DNA from: the human T2T-CHM13v2.0 reference genome, Homo sapiens
DNA: 64,000 bases
Direction: 5' to 3' (one strand)
NCBI RefSeq assembly: GCF_009914755.1
Contig: NC_060939.1
Below are positions 34,609-46,280 of the stretch, piece by piece; positions within the stretch are counted from its first letter, which is position 1, and every line of letters begins with the position of its first letter. The notes below the pieces were generated by a model. That model was not told where the DNA came from. It made no database searches and worked only from the letters and a program-made list of their open reading frames with translations. A program made the translations under genes and the position numbers.

Positions 34609-34990
34609 ATATATATATTCCACCCATCCTAGTTGTTGTAAAGCAGAATCCTATTATGAACTTGATTTAGATTTCCCTGATGACTAATTAGACTGAGTGT
34701 CTTTTCAATAACATACTGCTCATTTGTATGTCTTCTTTGGAGAAATGTCTATTCCCTCTTTGGAGAAATGTCAATTCCTTTGCCCATCTGTTACTGAGTT
34801 GTATTTTTATTACTGAGCTGCAAGAATTATTTATATATTCTGGACATAAATCCTTCATTACCAATATCTTTTACAAATATCTTCTCTCATTCTGTGGGTT
34901 GTCTTTTTGCTTTCTTGATGGGATCTTTTGAAGCACATAATCTTAATTTTGATTTAATCCAATTTATGTTTTTGTTGCTTGCCATTTTGT
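33800..34990 (-). mobile_element. L1MB 3' end interrupted by AluJ (34249-34530, +) and a (TA)n(TG)n repeat (about 34530-34618)
   Basis: cagctttgagataaaattcatac..., tttaactttttgaggaactgccaaactg, tcttctttggagaaatgtctattc. Confidence 0.8.
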
Positions 34991-35639
34991 TTTGTGATTT
35001 CTGTTCAGTAAGGTCATCTTTTTCTTTTTCTTTAATTTCATTTATTGATCAAATCTTTTATGCTGTTTTCTTTATCTAAGTTGCTCTCAACCAAGAGTTC
35101 ACAATTTTAACAACAATAAATATTGACACTTTTATTTTTCCCTTTCTGATTCTTACATTTCCCCCTCAATCTTATCAAATTGACTACAATATCCAGTTTA
35201 GTATAAAATAGACATGGCAGTGGCAGACACATTCTGTCTTGTCTTAAAAGGGAATGCTTTCAATAGTTCATCACTAAGTATGATATGTCCTCTAAGGTTT
35301 TGGTTGATATCTTTTACCAGATTGAGGAGGTTTCCCTCAATAATCTCACTCTGTTAAGAGGTTTTTCTGTTGAACAGATGTATGTTTTTTCTAAATCTAA
35401 TGAGAAAATTAAAATTTTTCTTCATAAATATTTTCTATTAATGTGGTGAATTATACTGATTGATTTTCAAATAGTCAACCAATCTTATGTTCCAATAAAT
35501 ACAAAATGAGATTTTCTTCAAGTATATAAACTATGTCGAGAATGACAAATTATTGGTCATTGCTGTATTTTAAAAATAGGAACACTTATGTATTTGGCTG
35601 TTTCCTTTGAAAATATTCCTAGTGTGGTTCTAAATTCTC

Positions 35640-35830
35640 ATACAGCATTTAATATGTGATAAGCACTTTACATGAATTAATTTATTTAATTTTCATAATA
35701 AACCTGCAAGTTAGGCAACCATTTTACAGATGAGGAAACTGAGACACTAACAGGTTAAGAAGCTTGCTCAAGGTTACATGACATAGATGGATTCAAACCT
35801 AGTGTATTTAGATCTAGAGTCTAAATAGAA
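35640..35830 (-). mobile_element. MIR
   Basis: ccattttacagatgaggaaactgagac...ttgctcaaggttaca...ggattcaaacc. Confidence 0.85.
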
Positions 35831-35984
35831 AATGCCTGTCTTGTTTTTAAAAACAGAAAGGAAGAATAAATAGGAGAAAAACAGGGTTCTTTTGCCAGAA
35901 AGAGACACTTTATATGCTGGAATAAAGAGGCTGATCACATACTGAAATTTCACTTTTAACAGAATTGAGTCAAACCTATACCTA

Positions 35985-37521
35985 TAATTAATATGGAAGG
36001 ACTGTGTTAGTTCAGAAGGAACTGTGTTATTTAATTCTTCTCACTACGCCATTGTTGATTGGGCTCCTAAAGGTCATATTACTAATGATTGCTCTCAGGG
36101 TCACAGAGATTGTCAACATTTTCTCTACGATATTACTTATCAGAAAAGTAGTGACAACCCTCCCCTATTATATCATAGATTTAACTCCTTTTTTCCTCTT
36201 CAGTGGAAAGGCGCAGGGATTGCCCCTCCAAAGCCAAGGCTTGTTGCTCCCCACTGAAGACCTGAACATTCAGAATTATGGAGATTAACTATAGCTATGA
36301 CTGGTATGAGAGTTTGGGCTGGAGAGAGTGTTATAAGTAAATCTACTTGTCACCTTGAAAACTAAGACAACAGATTGATTTACACTACTATTTACACACA
36401 GCCAAAAATATCACTATGGCAATCATCAAAAGGTCAATTCAAAGATGGGATAGTAAAGATTATGAGGACTTACACCCCGCCCCGTTGCTAATGTCCCCCC
36501 ACCACCTCTCATACAACCTATTCCCCCCAACCCCACATTCACAAAAAAGAATACCATCCCAAAATATATATACTATCTTTATGGAGTCCAACAAAACTAT
36601 ACCACTTAAAAGTTGTGTTAAACCACCATATATGTTATTAGTAGGAAAGATGCATATTAGTTCAAAAACCAACATAATTACCTGTGTTAATTGTTACTTG
36701 TATACTTGTATTGACTCATCCTTTAATCAATATCATAGTATTTTAATAGTCAGAGCCAGAGAAGGTATTTGGCTCCCTGTAGCCATACATAGGCCTTGGG
36801 AATCTTCCCCTTCTATCCATGTTATTAATAATATTCTACAAAAAATTCTCAAAAGGAGTAAACGATTTATTTTTATATTAATTGCAATAATAATGGGCTT
36901 GATTGCTGTTACTGTGACCGCTGCTACTGCTGGAGTTGCATTACATAAATCTATTCAAACTGTTCATTTTGTGGATAAATGGCAAAAATTCTACTCGGAT
37001 GTGGAATTCTCAGTCAAGTATTGATCAAAAATTGGCCAATCAAATTAATGATCTGAGACAAACTGTTATATGGATGGGAGATAGAATTATGAGTTTAGAA
37101 CATAGATTACAAATGCAATGTGACTGGAATACTTCTGATTTTTGTATAACTCCGTTTCAATATAATGAGTCTGTTCACAATTGGGAATCAGTAAAACGCT
37201 ATTTACAAGGAAGTGAAGATAATTTAAGTTTAGACATAAGCAAGCTAAAAGAACAGATTTTTGAGGCCTCTCAAGCACACTTAACTGCTTACCTGGTGCT
37301 GAAGTTTTAGATGGTATCTCTAAGGGGTTATCTAATCTCAACCCCATTCAATGGGTAAAATCTTTGGGAGGATCCACTATCATTAATTTTATTCTGTGTA
37401 TAATTTGTGCTATTGGTTTATTGTCCATATGTAAAATTGGAAAAAATATTCTTCAATCCAATCGTGATCAGTGCCAAGCTATGACTGTTATGGTTCATTT
37501 AAATCAGAGAAAAGGGGGAGA
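35985..37521 (+). pseudogene. HERV-K (HML-7/HERVK11D-like) env remnant, frameshifted
   Basis: [31 protein letters not shown], furin site RSKR|[15 protein letters not shown] fusion peptide, [30 protein letters not shown]. Polypurine tract agagaaaagggggaga precedes the LTR. Confidence 0.9.
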
Positions 37522-38394
37522 TGTAGGGAGACCCCCTGAAACTATTGCTATGGAATAAAAGATGAAATGCTCCTGATTACTGTAAATACAAAGTTGCATG
37601 CAGGATTGTGTAAAGACAATGCCAGGTTGGACTGCCAGAATAAGCCAACAGCACGTGATGTGCTTTCCCCTGCAGAGAGCCTATGAATGGACGTGCAGTC
37701 AGGGAGGTTTCACATCACCAAGATGCCTATCCCAGAAAAGCAGATGTTCATAGCTCTGGGAATGGAATGTGACCCTTGTGGAGAGCCTATAAACGGAAGC
37801 ATGAGGGGCGCCTGTCCATATGGATAAGATAGGGCTATAAACACCCTCATCTTGCCATGGCTCTTCTAGGCCTCTTTAGGGTTAGGGCATACTCCCTTCT
37901 GAGAATTTCTGGTCTAACCGGTTGTCTAGCTTCATGTCCTGTTTCTATGGATTGTCTGTAACCAGCTTTTGCTGCAACTGTTACTGCTGATTAATATTTT
38001 GCTAATCATAGGTTATGGAAAGACTGTGTTTCTGTTTTAAGGCTCTGTTAGAAATTACTGATGCACACACTATATTGTAAATTCTTATCTCTGTATACTG
38101 TACTTCTGCATACAGATGTTATGTTAAAGAATTACTTCATCCCCATGTGACCATCTCACCTCATAATCAAATGACCCTAAATCCCTCACTAACCTACTCC
38201 CGCCCTCACTAAACTTAATAATAAATGCTGGTATATCCAGTGCATTGTTGGCACCACGGGACCACAAGGCGATGACCCCCTGGACCCAGCTTTCACTATC
38301 TTGTATGTGTCTATTATTTCTCAATCTGCTGATCCGCCTGGGAACAAAGAGAGAGCCCCGATGCATTGCGGGCTGCTGGCCAGATCCCGCAATA
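37522..38394 (+). mobile_element. 3' LTR, MER11D-like (about 870 bp)
   Basis: Starts TGTAGGGAGACCCCCTGAAACTATTGC directly after the PPT. TATA-like tataaa motifs. AATAAA at 38220-38225. Confidence 0.85.
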
Positions 38395-38719
38395 CCAAAA
38401 TATCTAAATATAAATTATTTTCAAATTCTTGCTTAACTAAATACTCTCTCAAGATAAACAGGAACTTGGCTAATTGCTCACCCAGCAGGAACAAGAAAAG
38501 GAGGCACTGGGGGTCAAAGTAATTATCACCCAGCATAAAACAAAATTTGCATTTGGTAACACCATATGGAATAAGATGCAGCATGATAAAACTGGAGAGT
38601 TAGGCAAGAAAGAAGGACAAGGAAAATGGACAGCCTTTTTTGAGTTGATCATCATCATTATCATCATCAATACTTTTAAATGACTTTGTCTAAATGAAGA
38701 ACAACATGTTGTCACTGAA

Positions 38720-38925
38720 TATGGACACTAAAGACACAGACAGACTTGATTTTAATTCTACCAATTAATAGCTATGAAGTTTTAGTCAGGTTAGTTCTAT
38801 GAACCTCAGTGTTGTCATCCCTAAAATAAGCAGGATGATGTTAACCTCCCAGAATTATGATAAGGAATCAATTAGAAAATGGTTAAAAATATGCTACTCA
38901 GACAAAAATCAAATAAATATTAGCT
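38720..38925 (+). mobile_element. MIR
   Basis: gaacctcagtgttgtcatccctaaaat...taacctcccaga...aataaatattagct. Confidence 0.65.
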
Positions 38926-40204
38926 CTCTTTACTGTGAAATGTTATAAAGCCCCAAATACAATCTATATTCAGATGTCAATGTACAAACTTCATATACCA
39001 AGACAATTATACTTGATACCTTGATTATCCACGTTTTCTTTATCTTCTAATCTATCCTAAATTTTCCTACACTTTATTTTTTGACTGTTAATAATGATTA
39101 TTTTAAAAGCTTATTGATGCTGCTTGTTCCATATACTTCAAGGCAGCTACATTACACATAATATTTAGCAACTGGGAAGGATTACTCAGTAGTTTAAAAC
39201 TAGTAGAAAGTTAAAAGTACAATTTTTATTTTTATTCTTCAATTTAATTTTTGAATAATCAATATATCATCCAAATATTAATATTACATTAAAATGTATC
39301 TTGATTACTTTTTCCTCATAATTTCATCTACAGTACACTGTAATATAAGCTTTTATCACTTCATACCTGGATCAGTAAAATAACCTGCTATTCACCATGT
39401 TCTCAACCTTCTAATATTACCAGCAACGCACAGATGGCAAATTTTCCCAAATGACCCATTTCCTGATGTTATTCCTTTTATTATCTATAGTATAGTGGTT
39501 CCTTTCCAAGAAATCTGCATTCAAGATTCCTTATTTTGACCCTATTCTACTTTTTCAACTTTACATTCTTTGACATCATCAGTTATATTGTATATGTTTG
39601 GACTTTTAGACTCCAGTTTGAGACATTTTGAGATTTTTTCTAAGATTTTTGAGACATTTTCACCATTTAGGGTACTACCACTAGGGGGTAGTAGAGCTTG
39701 ATTAACACCAGCACATATCCAAAAGGTAGGGTTAGGAGGAAATTATTTCTTTTACAAAAATAGGTTTCAGTTAAAAAAGATAAGCAGACATTGAACAGGT
39801 TTACAAATTGATGCACTATCTACCAGTTGCTCTGGGATATCCCCTGGAGAGTTTGAACTGGCTTACTATAGCCACAGGCACATCACCTCTATCTGTGCCC
39901 CCTAGCTGAGTCAAGGATATCTGCATACATGCTACATGCTCTAGGGTCAGGGTCACCATCAATTTCTTCCTGTCTCCCTCCCTCACATCAGGACATCCAC
40001 AGAATCTATTTCAGATTAGTTTCTCCAATCCATCTCCTTCCACATGCCTGTGCCAAACATTTTGGCATTTAACTTTGATCTTTACTGAACACTGTTCAAT
40101 AAGGATCAAACTTGAACTACTGTTCAACGACTGTTGAACTACTTCCTCACATGAATAACTTACTTCATGTGAGGAAGTGTGGGTCTTTAGAAAGTCATCA
40201 TTCT

Positions 40205-40528
<324 letters not shown>

Positions 40529-40619
40529 CTATCCTCATTTGTAACACGAGGGAATAAAAACTAGCTAAATTTTTAGGGTCTCCTAACTATAAGAGTTCAT
40601 GATTTTAATTTCCTATAAA

Positions 40620-40796
40620 CAGTAGGCATATAAAATTGCTAGTAAGAGCTTACCAAAATATAGATTCCTCCCCTAAAACCAAGTGAATCAGAAATCAATA
40701 GGCTGAAGGACCACGAATCTACCTTTTAAAAATGATTCCAGATGATTGTGATGCAGGATCTGATCTGATGAAGAACTATAGTTTGAAAATCACTAC
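40620..40796. mobile_element. MER5-like hAT fossil
   Basis: gaatcagaa...ccagatgattgtgatgcag...agtttgaaaatcact. Confidence 0.6.
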
Positions 40797-40889
40797 CATG
40801 TTTCATGATTTGATTCATATTAAGACAGTAATTATTATCAACTCAAAGAATAATTAGTATTCTTTGAGTTCTTTCTCATGGACTAGGCC

Positions 40890-41345
40890 GGCAGTTTTTA
40901 AGAGTATGATCTGGCCCCAGGGGTCAGACAGAGTCTTTAAAAGGTATATAAGATCAAAACTTTTTCATTCTCATTCTCTTACAAGCACACAGTAGAGCTG
41001 AGGCTACATGGAATTTAATATTAAAACAGATTGAATACAGAAGCAGCTGTGAGAATTCAGCTGTCTTTATTAAGCTGGACATTAATTTGCAAAAAGGTAA
41101 AATAATGTGACTCTTCTCATTAATCTTTTTGTTTTGGGAAAGTTGTTTATATAAAAATGTGTTATTCATGTGAACAAATAATGATTTTATATTATTTCTA
41201 AATGCTTGATAAATTTTCTAAAGAATTTCTTACTTTTCATTTCTAACATGATAAATGTTAATAAATATACCCATATAACAAAGGATATTTGAGGTCCTCA
41301 ATAATTTTTACAAATGTAAAAACCTAAAAGTCTGAGAACTGCTTT
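40890..41345 (+). mobile_element. hAT-Charlie deletion derivative
   Basis: aacagattgaatacagaagcag...gagaattcagctgtct...gaggtcctcaataattttt...tgagaactgct. Confidence 0.7.
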
Positions 41346-41409
41346 CATACATACAGTACACTCTTGAGTCTTCACTAATTTTTATGACCATAAAAACAAA
41401 AAAAAAAAA
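41346..41409 (+). other. Short orphan retroposed insert with A-tail and 15-bp TSD
   Basis: TSD tctgagaactgcttt at 41331-41345 and 41410-41424. Confidence 0.75.
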
Positions 41410-41741
41410 TCTGAGAACTGCTTTACACATGTTATCAAAGCCTGTATCAAAGAGCTTCAACAATTCCCCACAATACCCAGTATAAAACCTAAACTACTTA
41501 TAGGCATCTGAGCACAGTCCTACTTTAAAATTTTTGTAATTGCCTTGCTCTACTTTATTTTTTTATACAAAGATATCACAGCTCCATTAAAGCAAAATAT
41601 GCACATATATAAACAGAAGAAAACCATTTTCCTAATTCCATTGCCAAATATACCCTCCCAGACACATACTCATGCTTCTGTTTTCTTTTAGTCTTTTTCT
41701 CTGTGCACAATGTGAATTTTTAACAGTAGCCTTATTCTATC

Positions 41742-42072
41742 TAGTTAGCCCTCTGTAACCATAGGTTCCGTATCCACACAGTCAACCAACTGTGGATCAA
41801 AAATATTTGTGGAAACAAACTGCAATGTTATGTCTGTATTGAAAACATACATATTTTTTCCTTGGCATTATTCCCTAAACAATACATATAACAACTATTT
41901 ACATAGCATATGCACTGCATTACATATTATAAGTAATCTAGAGATGATTCAAAATATATAGGAGGATGTGTGTAAGTTATATGCAAATAGTGCACCATTT
42001 TTCATCAGGGACTTGAACATCCCTGGATTTTGGTATCTGCAGGGGGTCCTAGAACCAAATGAGGGATGACTA
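41742..42072 (-). mobile_element. MER2 (Tigger)
   Basis: aagtaatctagagatgatt...agggacttgaacatcc..ggattttggtatctgcagggggtcctagaaccaa. Confidence 0.9.
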
Positions 42073-42904
42073 TATATAAAATGTGTGATTTATCCATTTT
42101 CACCTGATACATTCGTAAGCATATGCCCATTTTACATATTCTTCTACAAATATGTGCCATAATTTACTTGATTATCTCTTTATTAGTTACCTAAACTTTT
42201 ATCCTAGTTTTTACTCTTATGAATACCAATACAATGAACAGTCATAGACTACTTGCATTTTGCTCATAATCATAAATATTCCATCTTAGCACAATACCTG
42301 AGGCATAATAAGAGCTCAGTAAAGATCAGCCTTTTTTTTTTTTGGTTTGTATGTATTTATTCTTATTATCATCGTCATTATTATAAACAGTCTTTCCTGA
42401 CTGCCCCAGTCATACCTAAGTTTATCCTCCCTGGAATTAACCTAATACTTATTTGTACCTTTCTTTTGTTACTGTGGACACTGCCTCATAAAAGGGTTAT
42501 TTATATACATCATTTACTTCTCTTAATATATTGTAAATGAGAAGGTTAGAAATCATGTTCTATACACTTTTGTATGCTGATAAGTATTTAAATGTGTTGA
42601 ATGAATTCCTTAAGATCACAAAGTAAATAACCAAATATTTTTTAAAAACACACGAATGGGTGTTAAAAATATTTAAAAATTAGATTTAACATTAGATTTC
42701 ACCTCAAAGTTCTGTCAGAATCCTGTAATATTTGTTAAAACTTATGTCTTTCCCTGCCTCTCCTCTGTTCAACTTAGGTATCCTACTCCACGGTCAGGCT
42801 CTCTGGTCAATTCTAACACAAAAATTGACGCTATGTCAATTCTTGTACCAATGTAAATTTAACACAGACCTGTGTGTTTATCCATATCTAAATTTATATC
42901 TAAA

Positions 42905-43050
42905 TATCCATGAAGGATTGGTTCCAGGATCCCCATGGATACCAAAATCTGCAAATGCTCAAGTCCCTTATATAAAAAGACATAGTACAGTTAGCCCTCC
43001 ATATCTGCAGGCTCCGCACGTGGAACCCACAGATACTAAGGGTTAACTCT
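42905..43050 (+). mobile_element. Short MER2/MER2B-like element
   Basis: ggattggttccagga...ggataccaaaatc...gctcaagtcccttatataaaa...ggaacccacagatac. Confidence 0.8.
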
Positions 43051-43884
43051 GAATGTAGATACACAAACACACACACGCACCCCCCATCCTCTCATTCCTC
43101 TCTCTGCCCCATTTCAGAATATGTTCTTGATAGTCAATTATTGTTAAAAATAGGAAGTCTATTAGCCTAGTGATTACCACTGGACACTGAAGCTGATGTC
43201 CAAGCTGCTAATACTGCAGACAGAGGTCCAGCTATTATACAGTGAAAAACTATGAATTCCCATGCTGCTCTTTCAGCTCTCTCTCCTCTCCTATTTCTAC
43301 CTCTACACAAACTGCAGCTCAATGGCAATATATTACACAAATCTAGTTCCTTTATCTTCATCCTTCTGTACAAAAACACAGTCCAATGATTAGAACTTTA
43401 TTGCCTATCTTGCTTTTCTTAGTCCTCTTTGCCAAACTATGAATTCTTTCAACCTAAATTGCAGCAGCAAAGTTCTGACTCACAGCGACTCCTTTTCCAA
43501 ATTAAATCTGCCTATCAAAACTTTCAAGCAACCACATGTACTCTCACAGTTCTTCATCACATATAGGTTATATAGGTCCCTACTAATTAATTTTAGAACA
43601 CATATCCAGTTTAAAATATATGCTAGTTCTGGCTTTGCCTGTAGAACATTTCCCTCATCCCACTGCTTGGAGAAAAATCAAGTATCTTTAGTTTTAATTC
43701 ATCTTGAGTCAGGTCCTAAAAGCATTATCTTCACTACCTGTATCATGAAACCTGGGGCAGACCATCATGCCTTGAGCCTGAATTCCAATTTATGATAGTA
43801 ATATGCAATTTGTTTCTCCCTTCTTAAAAGGCCAAAGAAATCTTAGTGATAAGAACCACAAAGCTCACAATCCAATCTCATCTA

Positions 43885-44100
43885 ATTCTTCCACAAATTT
43901 TTACTGGACACCTACCATGTGCAGAAAACTAAAAACAAAAATCCTCTTGAAATTTATATCCTAGTAGGAGAAAGCTAATGTGTAAATATATAAACAGTTG
44001 AAATACACAGTACTTTAGATGATGGTTAAGTGCATTGGTAAAAAATTAAGTTGGGAAAAGAGACGGTTGAAGTGGAGGTTATTATTTTATTAAGGCCTTG
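43885..44100 (-). mobile_element. L2 fragment
   Basis: tttactggacacctaccatgtgc...tcctagtaggaga. Confidence 0.55.
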
Positions 44101-45382
44101 ACAATTTTTGCTTCCAGCCATGATTGAGTAACTAGTATCATATTGTCCTTTCTACTACAAGCAACTTAGAAATTCTTAAATATATGATTTTTTTTCATGT
44201 ATGGACAACTGTCAGCACAGGACTGGAATCCCTCAGAAAAAGAAAGCAAGTGAAATAAGTCCTATGATTGTCTCACCCTTTGTGCCTGAAGGCACTTTCC
44301 AGATAGCTACATATCGGGGAAGGGTTAAGTAACCAAAACAGAGCATACATGTAAGTCTGAGCTAAGAAAAAGTTGGAATTTGTGGGGCAGAGTAGCAGAG
44401 TGAAAAGATGTATGCAGAGAAGGTCTACAAATCTTCAGAGAGGCCCCACTGAGTCTCTGGCCATGTTAATCTGCTGAATGAGCAGGCAAGAATCTCCAAA
44501 ACTGGGGAAAAAATAACTATCCAGGAACTGTAAGCTGAACAAGAACAATTACTGGAGCTTTCATAAAGCTGGGAAATGTTTGCATTTCAGCTGTCATATT
44601 TGAGGATACTCATTGAACATCCTAGTCATTCTGTAGAGAGTTCACAAAGGACATACCTTAGAAGGAGGAACAATAGAGCCCTAGGATTAAAGGTTACTCT
44701 ATGTCAAACAAAGTTTAAAACCGTATTTTCAGAGACAAAAGCAAACGTACAAGTTTAAAAAATGCATTACAGAATTAAGTTCTACATTCTCTTAAAGAAA
44801 ACAATAAAACCCAGACATAGAGCAATGTAGCATTTATACTGTCCAATATATGAAAAAAATAAAATACTAATAACAAAATTACTAAGCATAAAAGGCAGAA
44901 AATATAAGCCATACTCGGAGAAAAATCAGCGTGAAAAGGAATGACAGATATAATGGACTTCAAGTCAATTCATAAACATATTAAATGAAAACATAAAAAA
45001 AAAACAAGAAATATCGAGAAACTGAAACTATAAAATCAACCAAATGGAACTCCTGGAGATGAAAAATATAACACATGAAATAAAAACGTCACTGGATGAT
45101 TTTAAAAGCAAATGAGACACAGTAGAAAAAAAAGATCACATAGGACACAGAACTATCTAAACTAGAGAGAAAAAAGACTGACCTATGGGACAATATAAAA
45201 TGTTCTGTATTAAGTACAACTGGAATCAGAAAATAGAAGAAAAATAGACTGAGGCAGAAAAAACTTTTTCAAGAAACAATGGCTAAAATTTATCCAAATT
45301 TGGGGTAAAATATAAACTCACAGATTCAAAAAGCTAAATGAATATCAAACAGAATAAACACAAAGGAAACCATAACAAGAAG

Positions 45383-46280
45383 TGTTCCCAACCTGCCTGG
45401 GCAGCACAGTGATAGAGGAGCTAGAAAGAAATTATTTAGGCAGATAGTAAGAATAAGGAAGTCCTCAGTAACATTTCCTTTTAATAAAAAAGCAGCCCCA
45501 AAATCATTTACTTTCTAAGAAAAAGCAGCCTGACAAATCCAGCTGCAGGAGTAGATAAGCAAGCTGGAAGCTTGCATAGGTAAATGCTGAAAGCTGTGCC
45601 AATAGGGAAAAAAGTACCTGGTGGCCAGGCATGTTCAACATGGAGGTTCCCTCTTCCCTTTTCTTTGTCACCACATGTGCAGTAAGGCAGGCAACATGGC
45701 ACCAGCCAGGTAGAGACCCTATCTGCATAATAAAAGATTAGGGTGGGATAGCCAGCTTCTTCACACTTTGCAAACAGCACACCTGGTCCAACCAATCTCT
45801 TGCGCCCTTTGTAAATCAGACACCGCCTCCTCAAGCTTGTCAATAAAACTCCATGCATTCCTCCATGAAACCAGAAGACCCACTCGAGCGCCCCTCTCTT
45901 TCTGCAGGAGAGTGTTCTCCTTTCTCTTTCTTTTGTCTATTAAACCTCTGTACTTAAACTCACTCCTTGTGTGTGTCCATGTCCTTAGTTTTCTTGGCAT
46001 GAGGCAACAAGCCTCGAGTATTTACCCTAGACAATGACGTCACTTCAATAGTCAGACTCAGTCTCTAAAAGAATTTAAAAAGTAGCTGAGCATGGTGGCA
46101 TGCCTGTAGTACCAGCCACTCAGGAGGCTGGGATGGGAGGATCACTTGAGCCTGAGAAGTTGAGGCTACAATGAGCTGGGATCATGCCACTGCATTCCAG
46201 CCTAGGCGACCGAATGAGACAATCCCCCTGCTCCCCACCACCACCCCCAAAAAAAAACAGCAACAACAAACAAATCAGAA
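45383..46280 (+). mobile_element. 5'-truncated AluJ split by an LTR
   Basis: cctgggcagcacag|LTR|atagtcagactc...right arm. TSD aaaccata(a/c)caag. Confidence 0.8.
45410..46047 (+). mobile_element. ERV1 solo LTR (LTR9/MER61-related)
   Basis: TG...CA termini. 4-bp TSD acag/atag. Starts tgatagaggagctagaaagaaattatttaggcagatag. Confidence 0.8.

Noticed and set aside
36416-37024. 202-aa env ORF as a domesticated envelope gene
   Set aside because: No signal peptide or 5' LTR, frameshifts on both sides, and the TM subunit is broken after the fusion peptide.
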